A DNA stretch of 64,000 nt from Candidatus Levyibacteriota bacterium (GCA_016186625.1 JACPLG010000003.1:98576-162575), one strand, 5' to 3'. Shown: positions 18,427 to 28,389, counted from the first letter of the stretch. Notes: generated from the sequence alone by a model not told the origin. Numbers and translations: made by a program.

Positions 18427-19392
18427 ATGAAGAAAGTTATTCTGCTTTTGATTATTTTCCTCGCAGTTTTGGGACTACTTTTTTATTTTTTAAGTCTGCT
18501 TCTGCCTACCGGCAAAAGTGATAAAGTTGAAATAGTAATTTTAAAAACACAAAGAGGCGACTCCACGGCACTTGTCCTTGAAGAGAAAGGCTTTATCCGC
18601 TCTTTTGCGGCATTTAATGTTGCCTACATAATTTTAGGAAGTCCCAAAATTGAAGAAGGGGGATATTATTTTTCAAAAAATATGTCTACTTGGAAAATAA
18701 TTGATGAGCTAGCAGATGGTCCTGACTTAAAAGAAGTGGTAATCACAGAAGGCTTGCGAAAAGAGCAAATCGGTGAAAGACTTGGGAAAGTGCTGGGATG
18801 GACAGACGAGGAACTGGACAAATGGAATAATGTCTATACTGAAATGAAACCGGAATACACCGAGGGTGTATATTTTCCGGACACCTATCTTATTCCGGTT
18901 AAAGAAAGCGGTCCGCTTGTTGCTGCACGAATGATTAATAATTTTAATGAAAAATTTGCGCCATATTTTGAACAAGCAGCAGCAAAAAATATCAAGTGGA
19001 CTACAGTTTTAAAAATTGCATCTCTTATTGAGCGAGAAGCTGCAGGAAGAGAGGACATGTCGCTAATCTCAGGGATTATCTGGAATAGGCTTGAGAATAA
19101 TCAAAGACTGGACATTGATGCAACCATTCAATATGCTATTGGCAAAAGAAGTGGAAATTGGTGGTCACGAGTTAGTGGGTCTGATATTAGAAACACTGAC
19201 TCAGTATATAACACCTATAAATACTCCGGTCTTCCGCCAACACCTATTGCCAATCCCTCCCTTTCGGCAATCAAAGCTGCACTAAATCCCAGGCAAACAG
19301 AATGCTTTTATTACCTTCACTCAAGTGGCCAAATTTACTGCTCCGTTACTTACGAAGAACATTTGGAAAACATTAAAAAATATTTGAATTGA
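18427..19392 (+). CDS. mltG: Endolytic transglycosylase MltG
   Basis: ITEG, EGVYFPDTY, IASLIERE, DAT.QY, YNTY...GLPPTPIANP. Confidence 0.92.
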   Translation: MKKVILLLIIFLAVLGLLFYFLSLLLPTGKSDKVEIVILKTQRGDSTALVLEEKGFIRSFAAFNVAYIILGSPKIEEGGYYFSKNMSTWKIIDELADGPDLKEVVITEGLRKEQIGERLGKVLGWTDEELDKWNNVYTEMKPEYTEGVYFPDTYLIPVKESGPLVAARMINNFNEKFAPYFEQAAAKNIKWTTVLKIASLIEREAAGREDMSLISGIIWNRLENNQRLDIDATIQYAIGKRSGNWWSRVSGSDIRNTDSVYNTYKYSGLPPTPIANPSLSAIKAALNPRQTECFYYLHSSGQIYCSVTYEEHLENIKKYLN

Positions 19393-19394
19393 TT

Positions 19395-21008
19395 TTAGTG
19401 CCAGAATTTTCGCTGCCCCGTGAAGACCATTGGAATTTTTGCTTTGTTCGCCATATCGATCGATGCCTGATCATTGACAGAACCCCCTTGTTGAATAATT
19501 GCTCCGATACCTGCTTTTGCTGCGAGTTTTACTGAGTCAGCAAACGGGAAAAAACTGTCACTTGCCAGAATTGCATGGCGAGCCAACTTACCCGCTTGCT
19601 CAAGTGCAATTTTTGTGGCCCTAACCCGGGAAGTTTGGCCAGATCCAATTCCTCTTGTCATAGGTAAATCTTTGTCAACAATAATTATGGTGTTTGAGCG
19701 AATTCTTCCGATAAATTTCCATGCTATTTTCATTTGTTCTAATTGTTTTTTTGTCGGCTTAAACTTTCCGGCAACTTTCCAGTTTAAAGAATTAAACCTA
19801 TCATCCCAATCCTGCATAACAAACCCGCCGTCAAAAAAACGCAAATGCTTTTTATTTGATCTTTTTCCTGGGATTTTTCCGAATATATAAATTCCCGTAC
19901 TTTTTCTGACATTTTTTATAAACTCCGACGCTTTATCTTCAATTGCTGGCGCTGCGATAATATCTATTAAAACCCCACTCTCTTCTTTAAATGCTGCAAA
20001 AGTTTTAGCTGTCTTAAAATCAATTGGCTTATTAAGAACAATTACTCCGCCAAAAGCTGACTGCGGATCTGCTTCAACAGCTCGTTCAAGCGCTTGTGAT
20101 GTTGAACTTCCCAGCGCGATTCCTGAGGGACTGTTGTGTTTTATGACAACGGCGCATGGTTCTTTAAAAATTCTCACTGATTCAAGTCCTGAGAAAATAT
20201 CTGTAAAATTTGTTGCCGAGAGGTCTCTTCCAGTTACTTTCTCAAGGTTTGCAAGAGGAGAATTTGTATTTGGCTCTATGTAAACAGCAGATTTTTGATG
20301 AGGATTATCACCATATCGCAAGTCGATCTTTTTTCTTCCCGGAATTGCTATTTCCTGGGGAAATTTATTTTTATTCGGCTCAAGATATATTGAAATTTGC
20401 GAATCGTAAAAAGATAAATGTCTAAATGCTTTTGCCGCAAGTTTTTGTCTTAAACGATTTGTCAAAAGTATACTACTATGTAGTAGTGTACTTAATGACT
20501 CATAATCTTTTGGGTCAACAATAACTAAAACGTTCTTGAAGTTTTTTGCTGCTGCTCTAATCATAGTTGGTCCACCAACATCAATACTCTCTATTGCATC
20601 TCCTACTTTAACTTTTGGATTTGCAATTGTTTGCTCAAAAGGATAAAGGTTGCAAACGACTATCTCAATATTTTTTATTTTTAATTTTTTTGCTTCTTTA
20701 ATGTGTTTTCTGTTTCTTCGGTCAAATAAAATTCCACCTTCTATTTGAAAACTGATGGTTTTCATTCTTCCGTCAAAACTTTCAGGATTACCGGTTATTT
20801 CTTGGATTGGAATAACCTTCAAACCCGCATCGATTAAAACTTTAGCAGTTCCTCCGGTTGAAATAATTTTATATCCGAGCAGACTAATGATCTTTGCAAA
20901 ATCTATAATTCCCGACTTATCAAAAACACTGATAAGAGCATATTTTTCCAAAGACTTCGAACTTTTGGCAGTTCCTTTGGGGATTTTCTTATTTGCTGCC
21001 ATAAACAA
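19395..21008 (-). CDS. purH: Bifunctional AICAR transformylase/IMP cyclohydrolase
   Basis: ALISVFDK, STGGT, IDVGGPTMIRAAAKN, LRYGDNPHQ, SDSFFPF, QQGGS, F.H end. Confidence 0.95.
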   Translation of the reverse strand: MFMAANKKIPKGTAKSSKSLEKYALISVFDKSGIIDFAKIISLLGYKIISTGGTAKVLIDAGLKVIPIQEITGNPESFDGRMKTISFQIEGGILFDRRNRKHIKEAKKLKIKNIEIVVCNLYPFEQTIANPKVKVGDAIESIDVGGPTMIRAAAKNFKNVLVIVDPKDYESLSTLLHSSILLTNRLRQKLAAKAFRHLSFYDSQISIYLEPNKNKFPQEIAIPGRKKIDLRYGDNPHQKSAVYIEPNTNSPLANLEKVTGRDLSATNFTDIFSGLESVRIFKEPCAVVIKHNSPSGIALGSSTSQALERAVEADPQSAFGGVIVLNKPIDFKTAKTFAAFKEESGVLIDIIAAPAIEDKASEFIKNVRKSTGIYIFGKIPGKRSNKKHLRFFDGGFVMQDWDDRFNSLNWKVAGKFKPTKKQLEQMKIAWKFIGRIRSNTIIIVDKDLPMTRGIGSGQTSRVRATKIALEQAGKLARHAILASDSFFPFADSVKLAAKAGIGAIIQQGGSVNDQASIDMANKAKIPMVFTGQRKFWH

Positions 21009-21075
21009 CTAGTTTTATATATGAAATTGGCCCACGGTGTCAAGAAGTTTAAAAAGTGCTATAATTCCACTCACT

Positions 21076-21663
21076 ATGGCTGTCAGAAAAGTTATCCAAG
21101 CAGGAGACAAAAAATTAAAAGCAAAAAATAAAATTGTTACAGATTTTAAAGGTGCAAAAATTCAGAAACTTATTAAAGATCTGATTTCTACCAATGAAAA
21201 GGCAAATTTAATCGGTATTGCCTCTCCTCAAATTGGAGAAAATTATATGGTCTTTGTAACTTATCCCAGAAATACAAGAGCTAGAAAACTTGGAAAAGGC
21301 GATAAATTAAGAGTTTATATAAATCCCAAAATCACATATAAATCCAAAAAGCAAAATTTGATTTACGAGGGCTGTGGTAGTGTTGCCAGTGGTGCAATTT
21401 TTGGACCAGTAAAGAGACCTGAAGAAATAGAGGTTGAGGCAATTGATGAAAAAGGGCAGAGATTTAGTCTGCGAGCGGACGGAATTTTAGCTCGGGTTAT
21501 TCAACACGAATATGATCATCTCCAGGGAATTGAATTTATTCAAAATGTGAACGATTATTCAAAAATTGTAGTTGAAGAGCATTACAGAAAAAATATAAGG
21601 AATTCTGCACAGCAGAAAAAGAATTCTTTAATTACTAAAATTGACTACAAGGTAGTAAAATAG
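21076..21663 (+). CDS. def: Peptide deformylase
   Basis: GIASPQIG, EGCGS, QHEYDHLQG; start set to ATG after TGCTATAAT. Confidence 0.92.
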   Translation: MAVRKVIQAGDKKLKAKNKIVTDFKGAKIQKLIKDLISTNEKANLIGIASPQIGENYMVFVTYPRNTRARKLGKGDKLRVYINPKITYKSKKQNLIYEGCGSVASGAIFGPVKRPEEIEVEAIDEKGQRFSLRADGILARVIQHEYDHLQGIEFIQNVNDYSKIVVEEHYRKNIRNSAQQKKNSLITKIDYKVVK

Positions 21664-22586
21664 TCATAAACTGCTTTTGAGAAATTTGCAATAGACTCGA
21701 TTGCTTTCTTTACGTCATTTGTATCTGTCAAGACCACAATTATATAATCTCCTTTTGAAGAATAAACTATTCCTGCGTCGTGCTTAGCATTAAACAGCTC
21801 TCCAGTTTTGTGAGCCACCGGAGTATTTTTTTGTAAATATTTCGGTATTCTGTCATTTAGGGTTTGATTTTTAAGAATATCAACCATTTTTTCTGAATAA
21901 TCCTTATCAATGATTTCTCCTTTATAAAGTTTTTCAAAAAATAAGGAAGTATCCTCAGCAGTTGTCTGAGGCGGCTGCCGGAAATTTGAGTTTTTAAAAT
22001 TATAGTCTTTTAAAAATTGGATGACATTTGTTGTCCCTGAGCGGGAGGCAACAAGAAGAGCTGCATAATTATCAGAGATCGTAATCATCCGCTCAATTGC
22101 ATCACCAGTACTCATACTAATAAACCTCGGTTCTTCTTCCAGAGATGGGCTGGGGCTAAATCCTTCAAGGGTGGGTGTTGGAGTTGTTGTTGAAAGTGTA
22201 TCATCTAAATAACTAAGAGGAAGGGTAAGAACATCATCCTCACTAAGTAATCCATCCTTAATTTTCTGAAACGCAACTGCCATTATCCAAAGTTTATAAA
22301 GGCTGGCAGAATTAAATTTTTTGTTTTCATTATAAAAATAATTCTCTCCTGTTTTTAAATTTTTTATAACAATTGCATATTCCCCACTGTTGTTTAATAA
22401 ATGCTTCTCTGCAATATCCGCAAGTTTACTTTCACGGGTATCTGCTGGTAAAACAATAGCTCGGGATAAATTTTCTCTTTTTAAATTCTCCTCATTTTGC
22501 AAATTAGCTAAATAATAAATAACTGAAGGAATAAGAAATAGGGCCGATATAAAAAATAAGAGGATAATTAGCAATTTTATTTTCAC
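21645..22586 (-). CDS. Class A beta-lactamase-related serine hydrolase, membrane anchored
   Basis: SLYK, SDN, HKTG, HDAG motifs. Confidence 0.85.
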   Translation of the reverse strand: MKIKLLIILLFFISALFLIPSVIYYLANLQNEENLKRENLSRAIVLPADTRESKLADIAEKHLLNNSGEYAIVIKNLKTGENYFYNENKKFNSASLYKLWIMAVAFQKIKDGLLSEDDVLTLPLSYLDDTLSTTTPTPTLEGFSPSPSLEEEPRFISMSTGDAIERMITISDNYAALLVASRSGTTNVIQFLKDYNFKNSNFRQPPQTTAEDTSLFFEKLYKGEIIDKDYSEKMVDILKNQTLNDRIPKYLQKNTPVAHKTGELFNAKHDAGIVYSSKGDYIIVVLTDTNDVKKAIESIANFSKAVYDYFTTL

Positions 22587-22635
22587 TCACCAAATTTAAA
22601 CACAATTCGAGGTGTCAAACAAGTCCGAAAAATGA

Positions 22636-23022
22636 TTAAAATCCAAACTCCCTGGCAAACAAATCTGCCTCTTTTTCCTGTTTCCTAATTTCTTTTTTAG
22701 ACTGTCTCTCAAGTACGGAATTTCTATGCCCAAGAATTACATGTCCAATCTCATGTGCAATTGAATGGTAAATTTGTTTTTTGTTTTGTAATAAAAGATC
22801 ATCGCTTAAAAAAATAAGATGCTGACTTTTTAAGTCATCTCCTGTAAAAGTAAAAGCCCACGCATCTTCCAAAGAAGACATAAACCAGCATGTTTTTGTA
22901 ATTTTCGAAGTGATGTTTTTTGGCATCTCTGACAAAACCTCACAAACTGCTAGTTTCATCCTTTTAGTACCAACCAATTTGCCATTAAATTCATGATAAA
23001 TTTCACTTACATCTTTTTTCAT
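22636..23022 (-). CDS. HEXXH zinc metallopeptidase-like protein (ImmA/IrrE-like)
   Basis: IAHEIGHVILGH...EKEADLFA. Confidence 0.75.
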   Translation of the reverse strand: MKKDVSEIYHEFNGKLVGTKRMKLAVCEVLSEMPKNITSKITKTCWFMSSLEDAWAFTFTGDDLKSQHLIFLSDDLLLQNKKQIYHSIAHEIGHVILGHRNSVLERQSKKEIRKQEKEADLFAREFGF

Positions 23023-23068
23023 TTTAAAAATTATATCAGAAGACTGAAGGGGTTAAATGTGGCATCTG

Positions 23069-23554
23069 CTATTCATAACGAATTTCTATTCTGTCGCCGT
23101 CGCGCATATGGTAATTTTCAAAATCCCTATTTGCCTTTCCATTAACCAACATTTTAACAGCGGCCTCTGAGGAATTTTTAAATTCAAAAATTTGAGATGA
23201 ATTAAATTGCTTTTCCCAAATTTCAAAAAATCTTCCTAATCGAGTTTCATCTTTGGTTACTAATCCATTCATCTCCATATGAAGGATTCCTTCTGGAGCG
23301 TCATCGTGAGTATGGATCTCTTCGTGCTTTGTGGGCAAAATTCCAATATTCGCAGGGGTTTCTTGTTTTTCTCCGTTTACATAAATTTCAAGTCTTGGAT
23401 GCCAATGAAGCCCGTTTTCCGCCACAATTTGCTCTTCCGGAACAGAAGAGTTGTTGTTGCTTGATAATAGAAGAGCCCCGCCTATTAATATGGCAAGTGT
23501 AAAAATTCCTATCCCTCCTATAATTTTTATATCTTTGCTAAGTTGTATGCTCAT
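23069..23554 (-). CDS. Membrane-anchored His-rich hypothetical protein
   Basis: TM; HWH, IHTHD, LHME; similar to 34592-35125; start reassigned. Confidence 0.7.
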   Translation of the reverse strand: MSIQLSKDIKIIGGIGIFTLAILIGGALLLSSNNNSSVPEEQIVAENGLHWHPRLEIYVNGEKQETPANIGILPTKHEEIHTHDDAPEGILHMEMNGLVTKDETRLGRFFEIWEKQFNSSQIFEFKNSSEAAVKMLVNGKANRDFENYHMRDGDRIEIRYE

Positions 23555-24131
23555 GACCTGTTCCACCGCAAGCATCGGAAATGTCCCAAAGATTGGCAAT
23601 TTGCTCAGAATCCCATCCGAAGTCAGCAATTAATTTCTTTGCTAATCCCTCATATGCGTCCCAATGCCAGCATTTGCAGCAGCACGGTCCTCCTTCATCA
23701 GACATTTTCATGGCTTCATTGTAGATAGTTTGCTGCTCGGAAGTTAATTCAATCTCCTCAAAAAATTTAAAAAGCTGTTTTGCCTGAGATGCTGAAATAT
23801 CATACGGATCGGTGGGGATAATCGAAATATCCTTATATTTTTTTAAACCTTCAATTTGCTCCTGATAAGCATGGCGATCCATTTTATCACAGCATGAACC
23901 CTGGATTCTTTGATCATCAGGATAATTAAAAACTATCTCCTTTTGAAGACCGCAATTATTACTTGTTTGCGAAACTAGATAATTAAACTTTTGGTCCGAA
24001 CCCGAAGCTGCATTTGCATCACCAAGCTCAATTTCTCCCTGAACATTATTAGTCGGTTTTTCCCAGTTAAAAGCCAAATATCCCAATACTCCAATTACCC
24101 CAATAAGCAGTAAAACTAAAAGATAACGCAT
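23538..24131 (-). CDS. Membrane-anchored Cys-rich protein
   Basis: GSCC, GPCCCKCWHW, ACGG; start reassigned to ATG 24131 (TAATG overlap). Confidence 0.75.
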   Translation of the reverse strand: MRYLLVLLLIGVIGVLGYLAFNWEKPTNNVQGEIELGDANAASGSDQKFNYLVSQTSNNCGLQKEIVFNYPDDQRIQGSCCDKMDRHAYQEQIEGLKKYKDISIIPTDPYDISASQAKQLFKFFEEIELTSEQQTIYNEAMKMSDEGGPCCCKCWHWDAYEGLAKKLIADFGWDSEQIANLWDISDACGGTGHEHTT

Positions 24132-24667
24132 TATTTTGTTACTCCCATCTCCTTCATGCTTTTGGAAACAAAATACAATGAAAAAGCAATAAGAACAAGA
24201 GCCAAAAGTGAGAACTCCAAACCCCGCAGGGGAAAAACGGCCAGTCCTCCTGAAACGCCTAAAAGTCCGATAAGTGCAGTATTGCATGCGGAACAGGCGG
24301 CACCAAAAGCCCCACCAAATATTCCGAAAAATCCGAAAACATTTGTGCGCCCAATAAATACCTTTGTTGTTCTTGTTTTAAGAATAACAAGAGAAATATT
24401 GAGTCCTGCCAGAAAAGAGACAAGAACAACCGCCAAAACATTTACCGGTCCTGCAATTTCCCAAACCATTTCAACTTGATTTATAAAAACCTTCCATAAA
24501 ATAGAAGGATCATAAGTTATTGCCAAAATTGAGGTGAAAACAGAAAAGCTGTTAATTACAATGTAGAAAGTAAAAAGAAAGATTGTTAAGATGCCAGTCA
24601 GGGTAACATAGGCTGGTTTATGTAAAAGAAGATTAATAGCGGCGATGAGTATTACAACTTTACTCAT
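24131..24667 (-). CDS. Membrane protein with CxxC in a TM region
   Basis: 4 hydrophobic segments; GAACSAC. Confidence 0.75.
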   Translation of the reverse strand: MSKVVILIAAINLLLHKPAYVTLTGILTIFLFTFYIVINSFSVFTSILAITYDPSILWKVFINQVEMVWEIAGPVNVLAVVLVSFLAGLNISLVILKTRTTKVFIGRTNVFGFFGIFGGAFGAACSACNTALIGLLGVSGGLAVFPLRGLEFSLLALVLIAFSLYFVSKSMKEMGVTK

Positions 24668-24673
24668 TTAATT

Positions 24674-25477
24674 TTACTGGATTGTATCAAGGGCTGCCTT
24701 AAATGACTCGAAAGGCTGGGCGCCCACAAGGATAGTTCCTTGGAATTTACCTTGTGAATTCGATTTTCCTATAAAAAACGTTGGAGTTCCGTTAGCACCA
24801 TACGCTGATGCGTCTGCCAAATCTTTATCAACTTCCTCCTTATACTTTTCAGAATCAAGACATGATTGAAGCGCACTGCCATTTAACCCTAAATCATTTG
24901 CAATAACCGATAATTGATCGAGTGCAAGTCCTGTTCCGTTTGATGTTGTCCGTTTAAAAATCTCATCGTGGTATTTGAAATAAGCAGTGTCTCCACCCTG
25001 TTCTCTAGCACACTCGGCAGCTTGGGATTCTTTATGTGCATTTTGGTGGAAATCTAAAGGTAAATCGCGAATTACAAGCTTAACTTTTCCAGTATCTATA
25101 TATTCACTTTTAATCTGAGGCAGTGTCTCATCAAAAAATCTTTTACAAAAAGGACACTCATAATCAACAAATTCAATCATCGTAATAGGAGCGTTTTTAT
25201 CTCCCATAACAGGATCATCATCAACTGAAACTTCAATCGGGCCTGTGGGCTGTTGTGGGGCTTGGGGATCTAAACCTTGAGCTATAGAAGAATTATTCCC
25301 AGATACGTTTTTTTCAAGATAAGTTACTTTTGTATATAAAACTCCAATTAAAAATGATGCAACAATGAGAAGTATTCCTAGAACATAGATAATATTTAAT
25401 TTGGAAATTTTAGAAACAATTGATAAGGCATTACTTTTTAATAAATTATTCCCAGATTTTTCACTTTCTGTTGGCAT
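24674..25477 (-). CDS. DsbA-family (Thioredoxin_4) oxidoreductase
   Basis: DYECPFC, RDLPL, GTPTFF, GAQP. Confidence 0.92.
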   Translation of the reverse strand: MPTESEKSGNNLLKSNALSIVSKISKLNIIYVLGILLIVASFLIGVLYTKVTYLEKNVSGNNSSIAQGLDPQAPQQPTGPIEVSVDDDPVMGDKNAPITMIEFVDYECPFCKRFFDETLPQIKSEYIDTGKVKLVIRDLPLDFHQNAHKESQAAECAREQGGDTAYFKYHDEIFKRTTSNGTGLALDQLSVIANDLGLNGSALQSCLDSEKYKEEVDKDLADASAYGANGTPTFFIGKSNSQGKFQGTILVGAQPFESFKAALDTIQ

Positions 25478-25493
25478 ACTACAAAGTGTAGTA
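25477..25493. promoter_or_regulatory. Putative BlaI-type operator
   Basis: TACTAC-N5-GTAGTA palindrome overlapping the dsbA start. Confidence 0.65.
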
Positions 25494-25528
25494 GAATTTC
25501 CCTAAAATTGTCAAGTGGTAATAAATTA

Positions 25529-26536
25529 TTATTCCCGGGGTGTATAAAGGAATGAGGCATTTAATTTATCAAAAGATTTATTAGAGGAGTTTTCAAAGTA
25601 AGCTTTGCTGTAACTTTGAGAAGAACTGCAGGAATTTACACATTGATTAATATTACTGCATAGCATCAAAATATCTTGGCTTTCATCATGAATTTCATCT
25701 GCATACACAGGAGTTATTACCATAATAATAACTGCTACTGAAGATAGTAAGGTGAGAAAGAGATGTTTTAAACGAAACTGTCTGCGGTTATAATTTTTAT
25801 TTACCAATGAATAAATTCGAGGCTCAAGAGTCTCATAGTCGGCGATTGCCGCAACCGGAATTGTTTCAACTATAGGATATGACAGAAGTTTTTTGAGTGC
25901 TGAGATAAGCGGTTTCCTATCACCAATTCTAGCAACTGCAAATTTATCAGCTTTTATTTCTCGTTCAATTCTATATTTTCTAATAATATCCGAAAGCAGG
26001 GGGAAAAAGGGGAAAAATGAATGAAGAGCTGAGGCAACAAGCATTATAAAAGTATCATGATTTTTTAAATGATACTCTTCATGAAGAATTACCGCCTTTA
26101 TTTCTTTTTTTGAGAGGCGAGAAAGGAGCGCTTCTGATATATAAATTTTTTGTGCTCTTATGCCAAAACAAAAAGCAAACAGCTTATTTGATTCAATTAT
26201 TACTATTTTTTCCTTCAATCCATAATTTTTTATAAACTCTTTTTTTGAATAATCAATTTTTACTTTGTCAATAAGTTTATTTTTTAAAATTTGTATCCTG
26301 ATTATTAAAATTATAAATTTGATAACATAGATTGCTATTATAAGAAAAAATCCTATAAGAGGAATTATACTTAAGTAGTGGGGGATGTGAATTATAAAGC
26401 TACTTATAAATGACTGACAGTAATATATTGCGTGACCTATTAAAGGGAAGAGTTTTTGAATAATAAACAGTAGTGTTATTCCAAGTATTGCAAACAATCC
26501 TAAAAACAAAGCGAGATTTTTATTTATTCTTATCAT
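25529..26536 (-). CDS. M56 (BlaR1-like) membrane metallopeptidase without penicillin-binding domain
   Basis: FAFCFG, HEEYH, RE..AD; downstream of blaI-like gene. Confidence 0.85.
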   Translation of the reverse strand: MIRINKNLALFLGLFAILGITLLFIIQKLFPLIGHAIYYCQSFISSFIIHIPHYLSIIPLIGFFLIIAIYVIKFIILIIRIQILKNKLIDKVKIDYSKKEFIKNYGLKEKIVIIESNKLFAFCFGIRAQKIYISEALLSRLSKKEIKAVILHEEYHLKNHDTFIMLVASALHSFFPFFPLLSDIIRKYRIEREIKADKFAVARIGDRKPLISALKKLLSYPIVETIPVAAIADYETLEPRIYSLVNKNYNRRQFRLKHLFLTLLSSVAVIIMVITPVYADEIHDESQDILMLCSNINQCVNSCSSSQSYSKAYFENSSNKSFDKLNASFLYTPRE

Positions 26537-26900
26537 GTTCTTCTAGAATCTTTAAAAAATACTTTTTCTTTTTCTGGGGCAACTTATCTACACTTTCCGC
26601 AAACGAGGCAATTGCGCTGTCTCCAAACGAATTAATAAATCGTTTCAAAAATGTCTGAGCAACATTTTTAGTGTATGATTCTCTGCTTACTTTAGGCGAG
26701 TAAACATATCCCTCTTTCTCTATTTTTTTAATAACTAAACCTTTTTCATTCAAGCGATTAAGAAGCGTGGCTATTGTTGTGTATGCGTATTTTTTATCTT
26801 TATTTATTTTGTTTAGAACATCTCTTGTAGAGCATTTTTTAAATTCCCAAACTATATCCATTACTCTCTGCTCTAAGTTGCTTAAGGATTTTAATTTCAT
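26520..26900 (-). CDS. BlaI/MecI/CopY transcriptional repressor
   Basis: LE..VMDIVW, YTTIATLLNRL.EKG, Y.P.VSRE. Confidence 0.92.
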   Translation of the reverse strand: MKLKSLSNLEQRVMDIVWEFKKCSTRDVLNKINKDKKYAYTTIATLLNRLNEKGLVIKKIEKEGYVYSPKVSRESYTKNVAQTFLKRFINSFGDSAIASFAESVDKLPQKKKKYFLKILEEHDKNK

Positions 26901-26916
26901 ACTACATATTGTAGCA
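26900..26916. promoter_or_regulatory. Putative BlaI-type autoregulatory operator
   Basis: TACTAC-N5-GTAGCA overlapping the repressor start. Confidence 0.65.
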
Positions 26917-26940
26917 GATATTTAATGGTTCTTTTCTATC

Positions 26941-28389
26941 CTATATGCAACAACTTAACTTTGTAATATCTTGGGTAAATGAAAGCGCAACGAGTTTGAT
27001 TGACTCGGAAAGCGTTGGAAACATAGGTAGGGAATTAGCAACATCATCTATAGTATTTTTGTTTTTGATAAGCATCATCGCCTCTGCTATGAGTTCACCC
27101 GCATTAGGAGCTAAAATATGAACTCCCATAATCTGTTTTGTATCGGGATGAATTGCCATTTTAATAAGTCCTTCTGTTCTATTGAGGATTAAAGCTTTTG
27201 GAACATCTTTAAAAGAGACAGTCTTACACATACAAGTACCAAACTTTTCCATTTGCACTTCTTCGGTAAGTCCTACCCCTGCCAGTTGCGGATCCGTAAA
27301 AATAGTCCAGGGAACTGAGTTATAGTCTATACTGTTCTGCGTATCTTTGAGGGCATTTTCTGCTACCAGTGTTCCTTCTCTGCCTGCTGTTGTTTCTTGT
27401 CTTATAGGTAGATTGGTAACATCACCAACTGCAAAGATATGAGCTTGAGAAGTTTGAAAATGTTCATTTACTCTTACCGCTTGCTTGTCGGTAATTTCTA
27501 CTCCGGCTTTGTCAAGACTTAATCCTTTCGTATTTGGCGTTTTACCAGCTGCGAGTAAAATTTCATCGCCTGATACTTCTTCCACTTTACCATTAATACT
27601 ATAAGAAACAATCTTTTTGTCTCCTTCTTTTCTAGCACTCTTTACTTGGACATTTGTTTTAATGGAAATACCCTCTTCTGTAAGTATTTCTGTTAGTCTT
27701 GTAATTAGTTCTTCTTCTCCTCGGAAAATAGATGGTCCCCGGTGAAGAACTGTTACTTTTGTGCCAAACCGGGCATACATTTGAGCAAACTCAAGTCCTA
27801 CCGGTCCTGCTCCAATGACAATAAGTTCTTTTGGCTGTTGCTTAAGCTTTAAAGCCTCGATATGGGTTATATAACCTGTTTCTTTTATTCCTTCAATTGG
27901 AGGAACAGTCGCAGTTGAACCGGCTGCAATGATGAACTTCTTGGCTTGATATCTTTTTCCACCTTGTCCTGCCTGTCCGCCTCTGGAGGAAGATGTCGAA
28001 GGATCAACTTCTATTTCATTTGGGGAAACAAATACAGCCTGTCCTTCCAAATGAGTAACATTCTCTAAGTTACTGAGAACTTTTTCATATTTTTCAGCTC
28101 GTAATTTCGCCACCAGATCAAGTTCATATTGGACAACTCTTGCAAAATCAAAGTTTTTAATCTCAAGTTCTACTCCGGGAATACCATGGTGCTTTGCCTG
28201 ATGCATGATTTCACCTGCCCAGAGAAGTGTTTTAGATGGCACACAACCTACATTGACACACGTTCCACCAAGGGGCAAACCTTTATTTACCATTAAGGTT
28301 TTAGCTTTCAGTTCGCTTGCTTTAATGGCAGCGGCAAATGCTCCAGCTCCTCCGCCAATAATTATTAAATCAAAATTATTAATACTCAT
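26941..28389 (-). CDS. merA: Mercuric reductase (no NmerA domain)
   Basis: GGGAG, GGTCVNVGCVPSK, FTDPQ, C-terminal LSCC; has FPT where lipoamide dehydrogenases have HPT. Confidence 0.88.
   Translation of the reverse strand: MSINNFDLIIIGGGAGAFAAAIKASELKAKTLMVNKGLPLGGTCVNVGCVPSKTLLWAGEIMHQAKHHGIPGVELEIKNFDFARVVQYELDLVAKLRAEKYEKVLSNLENVTHLEGQAVFVSPNEIEVDPSTSSSRGGQAGQGGKRYQAKKFIIAAGSTATVPPIEGIKETGYITHIEALKLKQQPKELIVIGAGPVGLEFAQMYARFGTKVTVLHRGPSIFRGEEELITRLTEILTEEGISIKTNVQVKSARKEGDKKIVSYSINGKVEEVSGDEILLAAGKTPNTKGLSLDKAGVEITDKQAVRVNEHFQTSQAHIFAVGDVTNLPIRQETTAGREGTLVAENALKDTQNSIDYNSVPWTIFTDPQLAGVGLTEEVQMEKFGTCMCKTVSFKDVPKALILNRTEGLIKMAIHPDTKQIMGVHILAPNAGELIAEAMMLIKNKNTIDDVANSLPMFPTLSESIKLVALSFTQDITKLSCCI

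Noticed and set aside
26941-28389. Dihydrolipoamide dehydrogenase
   Set aside because: The C-terminal CC pair, lack of the HPT histidine and metal-island context favour MerA.
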